A stretch of 32,000 bases of DNA from Acetatifactor sp. (GTDB taxonomy: Bacteria > Bacillota > Clostridia > Lachnospirales > Lachnospiraceae), in NCBI GenBank assembly GCA_016290775.1, contig JAEEVF010000006.1, positions 51,990-83,989 of the forward strand, given 5' to 3'. Shown here in pieces: positions 1 through 9,419 of the stretch. Made by a program: the position numbers and the translations under genes. Each line of letters begins with the position of its first letter. Position 1 is the first letter of the stretch. The notes beneath the pieces were generated by a model. The model did no database searches, was not told the origin of the DNA, and saw nothing but the letters and a program-made list of their open reading frames with translations.

Positions 1-1
1 A

Positions 2-1114
2 CACAGCGGAATTTATGCCAGAGATGATGCATTTGCAAGATATGGTGCACCTTATCAGGGATTCTTCCAGCTGAACCATTGTGCATATGTTACGCTTCAG
101 GATTGCGTTTTCTCAGCGCACCATCGTGTGTTTAGCTCAAAAGATCCGGACACAGGTAAATGGAGCAATGAATCCTCCACCGCACCTTATGATTTTTATG
201 CGGAGTATTGCGTGGGACTGACGCTAGACAATTGCAAGTCCGCAAAGTCCATCATTTACTCGATTGATTATGTGAATGGACTACTGGGGAATGGACCCAA
301 GGTGGCGCCTACCTATGACGAAGAGGGTATTTTGGATGACCTTCGTTGGGGTGTTTCCGGAACGAACTACTGCAAGAGCATTACCGTTCAGAACGGCTGT
401 GCGCTCAACAGGATTGATGCCCATAAGGGAACCTACAATCTGACGGTCAAGGATTCAACCATGGGTTGGCTTGGCATTTTGGCGGTAGGATATGGCACGA
501 TGCACGTTGAGAACGTAAAATCGTATGCAAGCAATTTTATCACGCTTCGCAGAGATTACGGCAGCGCGTGGTATGGCGACATAGAGATCAAAAACTGTAC
601 TTGGGACGTAGGAACAAACTATAGGCCGAGGCTGATCTTTGCGCATTATATGTATAACAACCAGTATGGTTATGACACCATTGACAGCGGGACGAAGTAT
701 TCTGACGGAAAGCCGTTCCTGTACTACAGCCAGTTGCCGACAAACGTTACGATCAGTGGACTTACGATCGATGCAAGCGATGTGACAAATGATACGATTT
801 ACACGGAAGGGATCGGAATTTTCTCAAACATCTTTGGGAATCCCGGCTCTTATACCATTGATGATAAATTCCTAACTTCAACTCCTTACAGGACGGTGTA
901 CAATTACCCGCTTTTGGCGCCTAAAAAGATCAGCCTTAGTGGGCTTAAGTTGATCATGAATCCTGTGTTTGTTCCGACGGATGGGACGTCTCTGAAGGCG
1001 CCTGACGTTTACAAGGCGGCAACAACAAAGGACCATCAGGAATATTTCTTCGACAAAACAATATTTGATTATGATCCTTCCAAGACAGAAGTTAAGGCAG
1101 CGACAGGGAACTAG
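2..1114 (+). CDS. 3' part of a gene entering from upstream of the window. Secreted or glycan-active-looking protein, possibly right-handed beta-helix fold; product uncertain.
   Basis: Frame 2 is open from nt 2, with no stop before the GTG at 128 that the ORF track uses as start. It ends at TAG 1112-1114. Short repetitive strand-like segments (NLTVKDS, IEIKNCTW, VTISGLTID) resemble beta-helix carbohydrate-active proteins. No diagnostic family motif recognised. Confidence 0.6.
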   Translation, partial: HSGIYARDDAFARYGAPYQGFFQLNHCAYVTLQDCVFSAHHRVFSSKDPDTGKWSNESSTAPYDFYAEYCVGLTLDNCKSAKSIIYSIDYVNGLLGNGPKVAPTYDEEGILDDLRWGVSGTNYCKSITVQNGCALNRIDAHKGTYNLTVKDSTMGWLGILAVGYGTMHVENVKSYASNFITLRRDYGSAWYGDIEIKNCTWDVGTNYRPRLIFAHYMYNNQYGYDTIDSGTKYSDGKPFLYYSQLPTNVTISGLTIDASDVTNDTIYTEGIGIFSNIFGNPGSYTIDDKFLTSTPYRTVYNYPLLAPKKISLSGLKLIMNPVFVPTDGTSLKAPDVYKAATTKDHQEYFFDKTIFDYDPSKTEVKAATGN

Positions 1115-1160
1115 GAAACAGTGGAAAGCGCACTTGATGGATCTTAAGGAAAGGATAAAC

Positions 1161-4100
1161 ATGAAAAAGCAAATGAAAAGAAATTGGAGCCGAGTGATCG
1201 CGTTCGTGCTGTCCGTCGTGATGGTTCTTGGCATGGCCATGGAATTTGGGCCGATCCGCGCACAGGCTGCAACGGGACCGAAGATCGCGCAGTGGAACCT
1301 GTTGATCACGGAAGGCGCCATCGGACTGAACCTGTATTTTTCCGGGATCAGTGATTCGGACGCAGTTAGCATGACGGTGAAGGTGGACGGCACGTCCCAC
1401 AAGCTTGGGGCAAAGCAGGCGGACGGGACTTACGGCATTTCCCACCGCGTGATGGTAAAGGATGTTTTCAAGCAGCTGTCCGTCAGCCTTTACAAGGGAT
1501 CGACGAAGGTGAACCTTACAAACGGGAAGGCAGTAAACGGCAGCATATCCTGTTCCGTGGGCGATTACCTTGAACTGATCAAGGACATGGATGACATAAA
1601 CGGCAAGATCGCAAGGCCGCTCATCAATTACGCGACGTGCGCGGGCAATTACGCCAACGGCACCTCGCTCCCCGTGAGCCTTGAAAACGCGGACCTTTCC
1701 GCATACGCGCCCCAAAAGGGAGGGGAACTGCCAAGCTGTATCACGTGCGTGGGCAGTGAACTCGTTCTCACGGACACCTTTGCGATCCGCCATTACTTCC
1801 AGTTTACGGAGGTCGTAACGGACGGGGAGATGTACGTGGACGGCCAGCCGGCCACCTTCCATGAGACGGACACCCTTGGACTCATTTACGTGGAGATTTC
1901 TGACATCCGCGCGTGGGACATTGACCATGCCTATGAGTTCGTTGGAAGGGCAAAGGGCAAGGTATTTACTTTGAAGTACAGCGTGCTGTCCTATGCATAT
2001 CTGGCTCTTAAGAATGGCAGTAACGACAGCCTTGCACAGCTTGCAACCAGCATCTACTGGTATAAGGAAGGCTTTGAGGAGTGTCTTGAGGAGCTTGGGG
2101 GCGGTGGCCAAGGCGGACAGACCACGACGGAAACCTTGGATTACATGAACAGCAAATATACGCTGGACATGCCGAAGGTCGTGATCGTCAAGCCAGCCAC
2201 TCCTACTGAAGAGGAGAATTATTCCGCAAACTTGCTTCAGAAGTACATTGAGGCAGAGGACGGCTACAAGCCACAGATCATTGATGATTCCGTGACGAAG
2301 GGCTCTCAGGGCTTTGAGATTTCGGTCGGAAACACGAAGAGACCTCACGGTACGGCGAAATATACCTCAAATGACAGTTATTCCATTAAGTCTTACGATG
2401 GCGGCATTTCGATCACCGGCATTGGCAAGCTAGGCCTGATGCATGGCGCAATGCGCTTCCTCGAGGCCTTTGGCGGATATTATTATCTGTCCTGGAATGA
2501 TCTTTACCTGACCAATCAAAAGCACTTTAAGTATGAGACCTCCGGGATCAGCATTGATTATGAGAGGCCGTTCCTGTTCACTGACATGGACATCTGCTTC
2601 TCAAGCATCAATCCCAACGGCGACCTTACGGATCCCTATTATGGTAAGGGCAAGCCCAGCGGCTATGAGCCGCCCAGAACGGGGCGTCTTTTCTCCCTTG
2701 CCTTTGGCCTGAACGGTTTCTATGCGGATACCTACTGCCTTCCCAAGTCGGAAGCAGGTCGTGAGACTTGGTATCTGACCGGAAATAAGAGCGGGTCGTA
2801 CGGTTCCGAGACTCCCATCGAGGGCCTCGCAGCTGGTCAGGCTCACACATTGACGGCAGAGTTCATGCTTGCACAGGATTATTATGACAAGCACCCGGAA
2901 TGGTTTGCCGCATATGTATGGAATGATAAAGAAGAGCTGAAAAAGCCAGATTCGGAAAGAAAGAGAACCAAGGAGCAGCTTTGCCCGTACATGCTTTTGC
3001 ATGATGAGAATGCCTATAAGATCATATTGCAGCACTGCTATGACGAGATCGCGAACGGCTATGATCCCAATGCGCCGATCCAGATCATTTCCGTCTCTAA
3101 AAACGACGGCGACAAGCTTTGCATGTGTTCTTATTGCATGAAGGACAGGATTGCGCATGGGGACAGCGGCGGAATGTATGAATCCATTGAATATGTTCAG
3201 CTGCTCAACAAGCTGTCAGAGGATATTCATGCTGGCGGCAAGTACCCGAACCTTTATCTTGACATGCTTGCATATGAGTGGACCGTTGAGGCACCCGGAG
3301 ACATCGTTTGTGACGACCACGTGATCGTACGCTGGGCGCCGATCAGAAGGTGCTATGGTCATTATCTTAATGAAAAGGACCACATTACAAACACGAAGTA
3401 TTACAACGAACTTGTGAAGTGGACGAAATGCTGCAAGCATGTGTGGATCTGGGATTATAACAGTAACTTCATGACGACGGCGGGACCCTATGCGAACATA
3501 GACGTAATGCAGCATGACTTAAAGCTTTACAAGGAGCTCGGCGTGGAAGGCGTTTACCTGCAGAGCAATTCGAGACATCTGGAGTCCAATTCGGAGTTTG
3601 GCGATATCCGTAACTACATTGAAGGCAGGCTTCTTCAGGATCCTACTAGGGACTACGAGCAGGAACTTGCGTTCATCACGGATGCTCTCTATGGCAAGGC
3701 TGGGGTTTACGTGCGTGAGTACATGAAGCGCATGGAAAAGCAGGCGAAGAGTCATCATACGGTCGTAAGTCACAGGGATGACGTCTACATGTATGACAGA
3801 ACCTTGTATGACGTCTATGCAGGCGTGCACTCGTGGAGCGGAAAGAAAGTGATAGACGGACGGATGCCGGATGTAGAAATTGGGTATTGCGAAGGTCTTT
3901 GGAATGAAATCAAAAAGATTGCAGCGGGAGAATCCGCTGACGTCCAAAAACGCATTAACCGTCTTGAACTTGGCTGGCGTTTAGTGAAATCTACTTTAAA
4001 CGTATATGAATTTGGCGATCCGTCAACCTACAAAGCTCAAAACGAGCTCCTGATCAAGGATATGAAGGCGGCAGGTGTTACGTTCTTTTCTGCGATCAGT

Positions 4101-4286
4101 GCAAAAACAATAGACGGTTGCACGCTTCCGCAGAACCACCCGGACAACTGGTATCCGACTAAAAACGATGACGGTTCGTGGAATACCAGTGACAGAACGA
4201 TTGGCACGTTTACGAGCACAAATCCCGGAACGACGGCCAAGCCTGCGATCCCCGAGAATTTGTTCTACTATTACAAACAGCCATAA
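1161..4286 (+). CDS. Large secreted protein (~1040 aa). The C-terminal two thirds resemble DUF4838 / GH20-like glycan-active proteins; the N-terminal ~330 aa are unknown.
   Basis: ATG 1161 follows AAGGAAAGGA. The N-terminus MKKQMKRNWSRVIAFVLSVVMVLGMAMEFGPIRAQA looks like a signal peptide. A GGGGQGGQTTT linker is present. Later segments (WDYNSNF, CMCSYCMKD) recall DUF4838-type enzymes from memory only. The 418-aa antisense ORF 1092-2348 is a shadow. Confidence 0.7.
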   Translation: MKKQMKRNWSRVIAFVLSVVMVLGMAMEFGPIRAQAATGPKIAQWNLLITEGAIGLNLYFSGISDSDAVSMTVKVDGTSHKLGAKQADGTYGISHRVMVKDVFKQLSVSLYKGSTKVNLTNGKAVNGSISCSVGDYLELIKDMDDINGKIARPLINYATCAGNYANGTSLPVSLENADLSAYAPQKGGELPSCITCVGSELVLTDTFAIRHYFQFTEVVTDGEMYVDGQPATFHETDTLGLIYVEISDIRAWDIDHAYEFVGRAKGKVFTLKYSVLSYAYLALKNGSNDSLAQLATSIYWYKEGFEECLEELGGGGQGGQTTTETLDYMNSKYTLDMPKVVIVKPATPTEEENYSANLLQKYIEAEDGYKPQIIDDSVTKGSQGFEISVGNTKRPHGTAKYTSNDSYSIKSYDGGISITGIGKLGLMHGAMRFLEAFGGYYYLSWNDLYLTNQKHFKYETSGISIDYERPFLFTDMDICFSSINPNGDLTDPYYGKGKPSGYEPPRTGRLFSLAFGLNGFYADTYCLPKSEAGRETWYLTGNKSGSYGSETPIEGLAAGQAHTLTAEFMLAQDYYDKHPEWFAAYVWNDKEELKKPDSERKRTKEQLCPYMLLHDENAYKIILQHCYDEIANGYDPNAPIQIISVSKNDGDKLCMCSYCMKDRIAHGDSGGMYESIEYVQLLNKLSEDIHAGGKYPNLYLDMLAYEWTVEAPGDIVCDDHVIVRWAPIRRCYGHYLNEKDHITNTKYYNELVKWTKCCKHVWIWDYNSNFMTTAGPYANIDVMQHDLKLYKELGVEGVYLQSNSRHLESNSEFGDIRNYIEGRLLQDPTRDYEQELAFITDALYGKAGVYVREYMKRMEKQAKSHHTVVSHRDDVYMYDRTLYDVYAGVHSWSGKKVIDGRMPDVEIGYCEGLWNEIKKIAAGESADVQKRINRLELGWRLVKSTLNVYEFGDPSTYKAQNELLIKDMKAAGVTFFSAISAKTIDGCTLPQNHPDNWYPTKNDDGSWNTSDRTIGTFTSTNPGTTAKPAIPENLFYYYKQP

Positions 4287-4305
4287 ACCACAACAAGCCA
4301 TAAAC

Positions 4306-4350
4306 AAAAACGGGGCTGGCCAGATGAAAGTCTGGTCGGCCCTGTTTTTG
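4306..4350. terminator. Bidirectional intrinsic terminator between convergent genes
   Basis: AAAAA-CGGGGCTGGCCAGA-tgaaag-TCTGGTCGGCCCTG-TTTTT. A ~14-bp stem (a few wobble pairs or mismatches) is flanked by an A-run and a T-run. Confidence 0.6.
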
Positions 4351-4397
4351 CATTGGCACGCATCTGGTGATATGGAGTTTAATAAGTGAATGAAGCC

Positions 4398-5519
4398 TTA
4401 CTTTAAGGCATAGGAGATTTCGAAGGCATTTCCTTGCACCGTTGCGGTCGCCATCGCACCGGATATGATGGAGATCTGCGGCGGCAAATGTCCGATGTCA
4501 AGGTCGAAGAGAATTGGAACGTTCATGTCACCAAGCATGTGGAGTGCGGCCTGCTGGCAGGTGAGTCCCATGAAAGGTTCTTTTCCGAAAAGGGGACGGC
4601 CAAAAAGGAAAGCTTTCGTGTTTCGGAACCATCCCGCATTCTTGAGTTGCCAAAGGCCACGCAAAATGCTCAAGGGATTGAGATCGCAGGATTCCAAAAA
4701 GAAGATGGTTCCGTCGGCATCATATTTTTTCGTAAATTCCACGGTCTTGTCAAACTTCGTCCCGCAAAGGCAGCAGAGCACATCAAGACAGCCACCCAGC
4801 ATGCGACCCGTGACGGAAAGCGCAGGGGCATCGCCAACGGAAAGTGCCTGGCCGTAAGCAGCAGAAAGTGCTTGGCCGTCAGCCTCGGAAGGCGCAGGTC
4901 CATCGCCCGTATAAAGCTTGCCGTTCACATATACAGACATGGCAAAGGGCTCCGTGCAGTTTAACGTTGCGGTCGGGTTTTCAGGCGTTGCAAGGCTTTC
5001 CTTCTCCCAGGAGTCATAATTTGTGAACCTAAGTTTTTCGCCGCGAAGGAGGGCCAAGGCATCCTCAAGATAGGGATGCAAAGGCTTTGTTCCAAAGGAG
5101 CCTGCATTTGGGCCGTATATGGCGGCAATGTCGCAGATCGTGGGCAGCGTATAGGTCAGGCAGGTGTTGTCTGAATAACCCATAAACCATTTGGGCTTAG
5201 AAGCCTTGATGCGCTCAAAATCGACAAATTCCAGATCTTCGCACATGGTCTCGCCGCCACCGACGGAGAGCACGGCATCACACCGATCTCCCGCAAGGAA
5301 GTCATTGATCTCAGCGCCGCAACGCTCAGGTGTCGAGCTCTTGCCAATGCCTTCTTCAAGATAAACGCAAGGACCGACTTCAGCAGCAAACCCTGCACCC
5401 TCAAAGAAGCGAAGCGCTTCCTGAAATCTTGTGTGATAAGGCTCTAGCGACCCGCAGCCAAAGCTCGGCGCGATAAAACCCAGTCTGCTCTTTTCGTGAA
5501 TAAACTCAGGATATCTCAT
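4398..5519 (-). CDS. LD-carboxypeptidase / MccF-like serine peptidase (MEROPS S66)
   Basis: Contains GFIAPSFG, the nucleophile motif GYSDNT, LESCD and GHLPP (Ser-Glu-His triad pattern of S66). The start is set at MRYPEF (ATG 5519) because AGGAGG lies upstream; the ORF-track start at 5537 lies on top of that SD. Confidence 0.8.
   Translation of the reverse strand: MRYPEFIHEKSRLGFIAPSFGCGSLEPYHTRFQEALRFFEGAGFAAEVGPCVYLEEGIGKSSTPERCGAEINDFLAGDRCDAVLSVGGGETMCEDLEFVDFERIKASKPKWFMGYSDNTCLTYTLPTICDIAAIYGPNAGSFGTKPLHPYLEDALALLRGEKLRFTNYDSWEKESLATPENPTATLNCTEPFAMSVYVNGKLYTGDGPAPSEADGQALSAAYGQALSVGDAPALSVTGRMLGGCLDVLCCLCGTKFDKTVEFTKKYDADGTIFFLESCDLNPLSILRGLWQLKNAGWFRNTKAFLFGRPLFGKEPFMGLTCQQAALHMLGDMNVPILFDLDIGHLPPQISIISGAMATATVQGNAFEISYALK
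4816..4887 (-). repeat. Three imperfect in-frame 24-bp tandem repeats inside the S66 peptidase gene
   Basis: Units 4840-4863 and 4864-4887 match at 19 of 24 nt by eye; a more degenerate third copy lies at 4816-4839. They encode ADGQALSA / AYGQALSV / GDAPALSV. Confidence 0.7.
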
Positions 5520-5672
5520 AGCCCCTCCTAAATTCAAAATGTCTTTTATTCATCGTATCACAGAAAGGCTGATACCTCAATCCGAAACCGTGTTTTCTTT
5601 GGATTCATTATATTTCTGAAATGGTCACTTTACACGCTGCACGATGCGTGCAGTATCGTGCGCAGTCCTTCC

Positions 5673-5702
5673 TTGACGGACTCGGGGGCATCGGGTTATA
5701 AT
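5673..5702 (+). promoter_or_regulatory. Candidate sigma-A promoter for trkA
   Basis: TTGACG (5673-5678), 18-nt spacer, TATAAT (5697-5702), about 60 nt upstream of the trkA ATG. Confidence 0.4.
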
Positions 5703-5764
5703 GGGAAACGATGAGGGCGCGACGAAGGTGCCTTAGTCGCCTAGACATGTTTGGAGGAACAACC

Positions 5765-7156
5765 ATGAAAGTGATCATTGTAGGTGCCAGCAAGGTTGGT
5801 TACGCGCTGGCGCAGCATATATGTGAGGAAGGGTATGACCTGGTGGTGATCGACCGCGACGCGGAGTGCATTGACGCCATTACGGATGCCTTTGACTGCA
5901 ACGGCTTTGTGGGGAACGGCAGCAGCCCTGAGCTCCTGAAAAAGGCAGGGATCTCGTCCGCAACGCTTCTTGTTGCGGTGACGAAGGATGACGAGACGAA
6001 CATTCTTTGCTGCAGCGTGGCAAAGCAGCTTGGCGTAAAGCGAACGATCGCGGCAGTACGCGGCCCAGAATATGCATCCGACAAGGAGTTCTTTTTCGGC
6101 AAGATGGGCGTGGACATGCTCATCAATCCCTACCGCGCGGCAGCCAATGAGGGCAACAAGATGATCCGCTATGCGGAGACCGTGGAGCGCGAAAAGTTTG
6201 GTGACGGTAATGTGCACGTGGCTACGGTGGAGATCACCGAAAGGAGCATTCTGGCAGGCGTGAGCATGACGCAGGTGCATCAAAGACTGGGCGCGCAGGT
6301 TTTGATCTGTGCGATCGACCGCCGCGGCAAAATCTTTACGCCGAAGGGCCAGCACGATATTCAGGCGGGCGACAAGATCACCTTTGCGGCAGTGGGCGAG
6401 GAGATGGACAAGGCCCTGGTGGCTTTGAACATTATGGAGAAGATCCTAAAGAAGGCCGTGGTGGTCGGCGGTGGTAAGCTTGGTTTTTACCTGGTGGGCG
6501 TTTTGCTGCATCAGGGCGTTTCGGTGACGCTGATCGACATGGATGCGAACCGTTGTCGCGACATTTTGACAAGCTATCCCAGGGCGAACGTGATCCAGGG
6601 CGACGGAACGGATTCCGCTTTGATGGAGAAGGAGCTTAAGGATGCCGATGCCTGCGTGGCCTGCACGGGCAAGGACGAGGAGAATCTGATCATCTCGATG
6701 TTCGCGAAATCCTTTGGACTTGATCGGATCGCGGCTGTGATCGACAATTATAATTACGAAAGCATGCTGAAGCGAAGCGGCATCAATCACGTATTCTCCA
6801 CGCAGGACGTGGCGCTGATGGACGTGATCAAGGACTGCAGACTTTTAGCTTCCGAGACAAATAACTTAAATGACAACAATGTCATGAAATGGCTATATAC
6901 ATTAAACGATGGCAGGATCGAGGCCGCAGAGTTTGAGATTGGCGCTGATTTCGCGCTTCTCGAGGTTCCTTTTAAAGAGAAGAGCTTCCAGCTCAAGTCC
7001 GGCGTCCTGATTGCCGTGATCATGCGCGGCGAGGAAGTGATCGTGCCTGACGGGAATTCCTGCGTAAAGGCTGGCGACCGCGTGATCGTCGTATCCGCAG
7101 AGCATCGTATCGCAAGGCTTTCCGACATCTTTGCAAAAGGGGTGAAGGAGAGTTAA
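5765..7156 (+). CDS. trkA: TrkA-type RCK protein with tandem (RCK_N + RCK_C) x2, a K+/cation transport regulatory subunit
   Basis: GGAGG SD before ATG 5765. Two Rossmann starts are present: MKVIIVGASKVGYALA...VVIDRD and AVVVGGGKLGFYL...TLIDMD. Length of 463 aa is typical of TrkA. Confidence 0.85.
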   Translation: MKVIIVGASKVGYALAQHICEEGYDLVVIDRDAECIDAITDAFDCNGFVGNGSSPELLKKAGISSATLLVAVTKDDETNILCCSVAKQLGVKRTIAAVRGPEYASDKEFFFGKMGVDMLINPYRAAANEGNKMIRYAETVEREKFGDGNVHVATVEITERSILAGVSMTQVHQRLGAQVLICAIDRRGKIFTPKGQHDIQAGDKITFAAVGEEMDKALVALNIMEKILKKAVVVGGGKLGFYLVGVLLHQGVSVTLIDMDANRCRDILTSYPRANVIQGDGTDSALMEKELKDADACVACTGKDEENLIISMFAKSFGLDRIAAVIDNYNYESMLKRSGINHVFSTQDVALMDVIKDCRLLASETNNLNDNNVMKWLYTLNDGRIEAAEFEIGADFALLEVPFKEKSFQLKSGVLIAVIMRGEEVIVPDGNSCVKAGDRVIVVSAEHRIARLSDIFAKGVKES

Positions 7157-7159
7157 CAT

Positions 7160-8440
7160 ATGGAACATGTATTGGCGAGCTTGTTATTCATTCTGTTTGT
7201 GGTGGTGTTTGTCAGCATCCTGAACGAGCGTTCCATCAAGATTTCCAATGACGTCGCGCTGGTTCTTTTCACCTTCCTGTTCGCAGGCGTGCTGAAAATC
7301 ATGGAAATGACGGGCCTTGTGAACTATGAGGGCACGGTGATCGGCAACATCGAGACCATGAACTTCCAGGAATTCTTGATGGACGGCATTTTGTGCTTCA
7401 TGCTGTTTTCCGGCGCGAGCGGCGTAAACTTTAACCGTTTTGTCAAGAATATCAAATCGATCGGCCTTTTGGCGCTGTTTACGACGGTGCTGTCTTCGTT
7501 TATCTACGGCGGCATCTTTTACCTTGTCAATCTCGCGCTCGGTCTTGGCTTTGACATTTGGCTTTGCATCCTTCTTGGGTGTATTGTTTCGCCGACGGAC
7601 CCGATCGCTGCGACGAGCATCCTGAAGAAAGCAGGTCTTTCGAAGAACGTCTCCACGGTCATTGAGGGAGAATCGCTCTTTAACGATGGCACCGGCGTCG
7701 CCGTGTTTGTCTGCATTAAGAACATCGTAAACGACGTGTCAGACCTAAGCTTCCCCGTTTTGATGGCGAAGGAGCTCCTTGGCGCCATCTGCATTGCGCT
7801 TGGCCTTTCCTTCCTGATGTTCAAGCTTCTGCGCGCGACGAACAACCCCATGCTGCATATTCTGATCAGCCTTTTGGATGTCGTTGCGGCCTATGTGATC
7901 TGCGAGACGCTTGGATGCTCCGGCGTCATCGCCTCCGTGGTCTGCGGTATATACTTCAGCCGCGAGATGGCAAAGCACGAAGCCTGGCATAAGGTTGTGG
8001 ACCCGAAGGAATGGTATGAGGACTTCTGGCACATCGCGGACACACTGTTTAACAGCATCCTTTTCGTTTTGATCGGCTTTGCGGTGCTGAATCTCCCGCA
8101 CCACAGATTCTTCATCCTTCTTGTCATTGCGGCCATCGTGATCAACGCGGTCGCAAGGTTCCTTGGCGTGGGGATCTCGTCGCTGATCATCGGTAAGAAA
8201 AAGATCCCGAACCGTTACAGCACGAAGGAATTTACGACGCTGATGACCTGGAGTGCCTTAAAGGGCGGCCTTTCGCTTGCACTTGCCATCAGCACGAAGG
8301 AGTTTTTGCCGGCGGAGAGTTATAATGTGGTCCTGATCATGACGGCAGTGACCATGTATTTCACCATCGTGGTGCAGGGACTTACCACGAAAAAGATCTT
8401 TGCCATGGTGGAGCGCTGGAAGGCGAAACGGATCGCCTAA
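7160..8440 (+). CDS. CPA1-family cation:proton (Na+/H+, NhaP-like) antiporter
   Basis: Polytopic membrane protein with the CPA1-type ESLFNDGTGV motif. The ATG lies 3 nt after the trkA stop, and its SD (GAAGGAG) is inside the trkA 3' end. Confidence 0.85.
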   Translation: MEHVLASLLFILFVVVFVSILNERSIKISNDVALVLFTFLFAGVLKIMEMTGLVNYEGTVIGNIETMNFQEFLMDGILCFMLFSGASGVNFNRFVKNIKSIGLLALFTTVLSSFIYGGIFYLVNLALGLGFDIWLCILLGCIVSPTDPIAATSILKKAGLSKNVSTVIEGESLFNDGTGVAVFVCIKNIVNDVSDLSFPVLMAKELLGAICIALGLSFLMFKLLRATNNPMLHILISLLDVVAAYVICETLGCSGVIASVVCGIYFSREMAKHEAWHKVVDPKEWYEDFWHIADTLFNSILFVLIGFAVLNLPHHRFFILLVIAAIVINAVARFLGVGISSLIIGKKKIPNRYSTKEFTTLMTWSALKGGLSLALAISTKEFLPAESYNVVLIMTAVTMYFTIVVQGLTTKKIFAMVERWKAKRIA

Positions 8441-8494
8441 ATGGCGCAGTGCGGACAAATCTTCCAAAAGTACGAAAAAAACGTGTGGAAACAC

Positions 8495-8523
8495 TTGCAT
8501 TGCTTTTCATTTTATGATATCAT
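8495..8523 (+). promoter_or_regulatory. Candidate sigma-A promoter of the rpsF-ssb-rpsR operon
   Basis: TTGCAT (8495-8500), 17 nt, TATCAT (8518-8523). Confidence 0.45.
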
Positions 8524-8595
8524 GTCATTCCGTGATATATTAATTTCCTTGCTCACCCCAGAGGTGGGCCAGAGACCAAAAGGAGGTAACTAACT

Positions 8596-8886
8596 ATGAA
8601 CAAGTACGAATTGTGCGTTGTGGTTAACGCTATGCTCGAAGATGACGCAAGAACTGCCGTTGTTGACAAGTGCAAGGCTTACGTTGAGCGTTTTGGCGGT
8701 ACCATCACCGAAGTGGATGATTGGGGCAAGAAGAAGCTTGCTTACGAGATCCAGAAGATGAAGGAAGGCTTCTATTACTTCATCAGATTCGATGCACCCG
8801 CTACTGCTCCTGCTGAGCTTGAGAGCCGCGTTCGCATCATGGATGGCGTCATCAGATACTTAGTTGTTAGAATCGATGAGGCATAA
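8596..8886 (+). CDS. rpsF: 30S ribosomal protein S6
   Basis: MNKYELCVVV...WGKKKLAYEI...GFYYFIRF is the classic S6 sequence. AAAGGAGG SD; conserved rpsF-ssb-rpsR order. Confidence 0.95.
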   Translation: MNKYELCVVVNAMLEDDARTAVVDKCKAYVERFGGTITEVDDWGKKKLAYEIQKMKEGFYYFIRFDAPATAPAELESRVRIMDGVIRYLVVRIDEA

Positions 8887-8904
8887 TTAGAAAGCGAGAA
8901 GAAT

Positions 8905-9381
8905 ATGAATAAAGTAATTCTTATGGGTAGACTTACAAGGGATCCTGAGGTGAGATATTCCCAGGGAGCAACCTCCACTGCAGTAGCACGGTTTTCCATC
9001 GCCGTGGACAGAAGGTTCAAGCGCGAGGGTGAGCCGGACGCGGACTTCTTTAACTGCACTGCTTTTGGAAAGCAGGGGGAATTCGTTGAGAAGTACCTTC
9101 ACAAGGGAACCAAGGTTGTTTTGAGCGGAAGAGTTCAGAACGACAATTACACCAACAAAGAAGGTCAGCAGGTTTACGGCACCCGCATCATGGTGGATGA
9201 GATTGAATTTGCTGAGAGCAAGAACGCTGCCGCTGCCGGGGAAAATGGTTATGCAAACGGCGGCAACTATGGTAACTCTAACAACTACGGCGGCAACAAG
9301 ACCCAGGCCGCTCCCAGCGGAGCAGGCGACGGCTTCATGAACATCCCCGACGGGATCGATGAGGAATTGCCGTTCAACTAA
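8905..9381 (+). CDS. ssb: Single-stranded DNA-binding protein
   Basis: OB-fold N-terminus [18 protein letters not shown], a Gly/Asn-rich linker, and the acidic tip DEELPF(N). Confidence 0.95.
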   Translation: MNKVILMGRLTRDPEVRYSQGATSTAVARFSIAVDRRFKREGEPDADFFNCTAFGKQGEFVEKYLHKGTKVVLSGRVQNDNYTNKEGQQVYGTRIMVDEIEFAESKNAAAAGENGYANGGNYGNSNNYGGNKTQAAPSGAGDGFMNIPDGIDEELPFN

Positions 9382-9419
9382 CATTTGATGATGATCATTT
9401 CTTAAAGGAGGCATTAACG

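Noticed and set aside
1092-2348. 418-aa ORF on the minus strand
   Set aside because: It lies entirely antisense to the well-supported secreted-protein gene (1161-4286). It is R/L/H/V-rich with no SD and no recognisable motif, which is typical of a shadow ORF in a ~50% GC genome.
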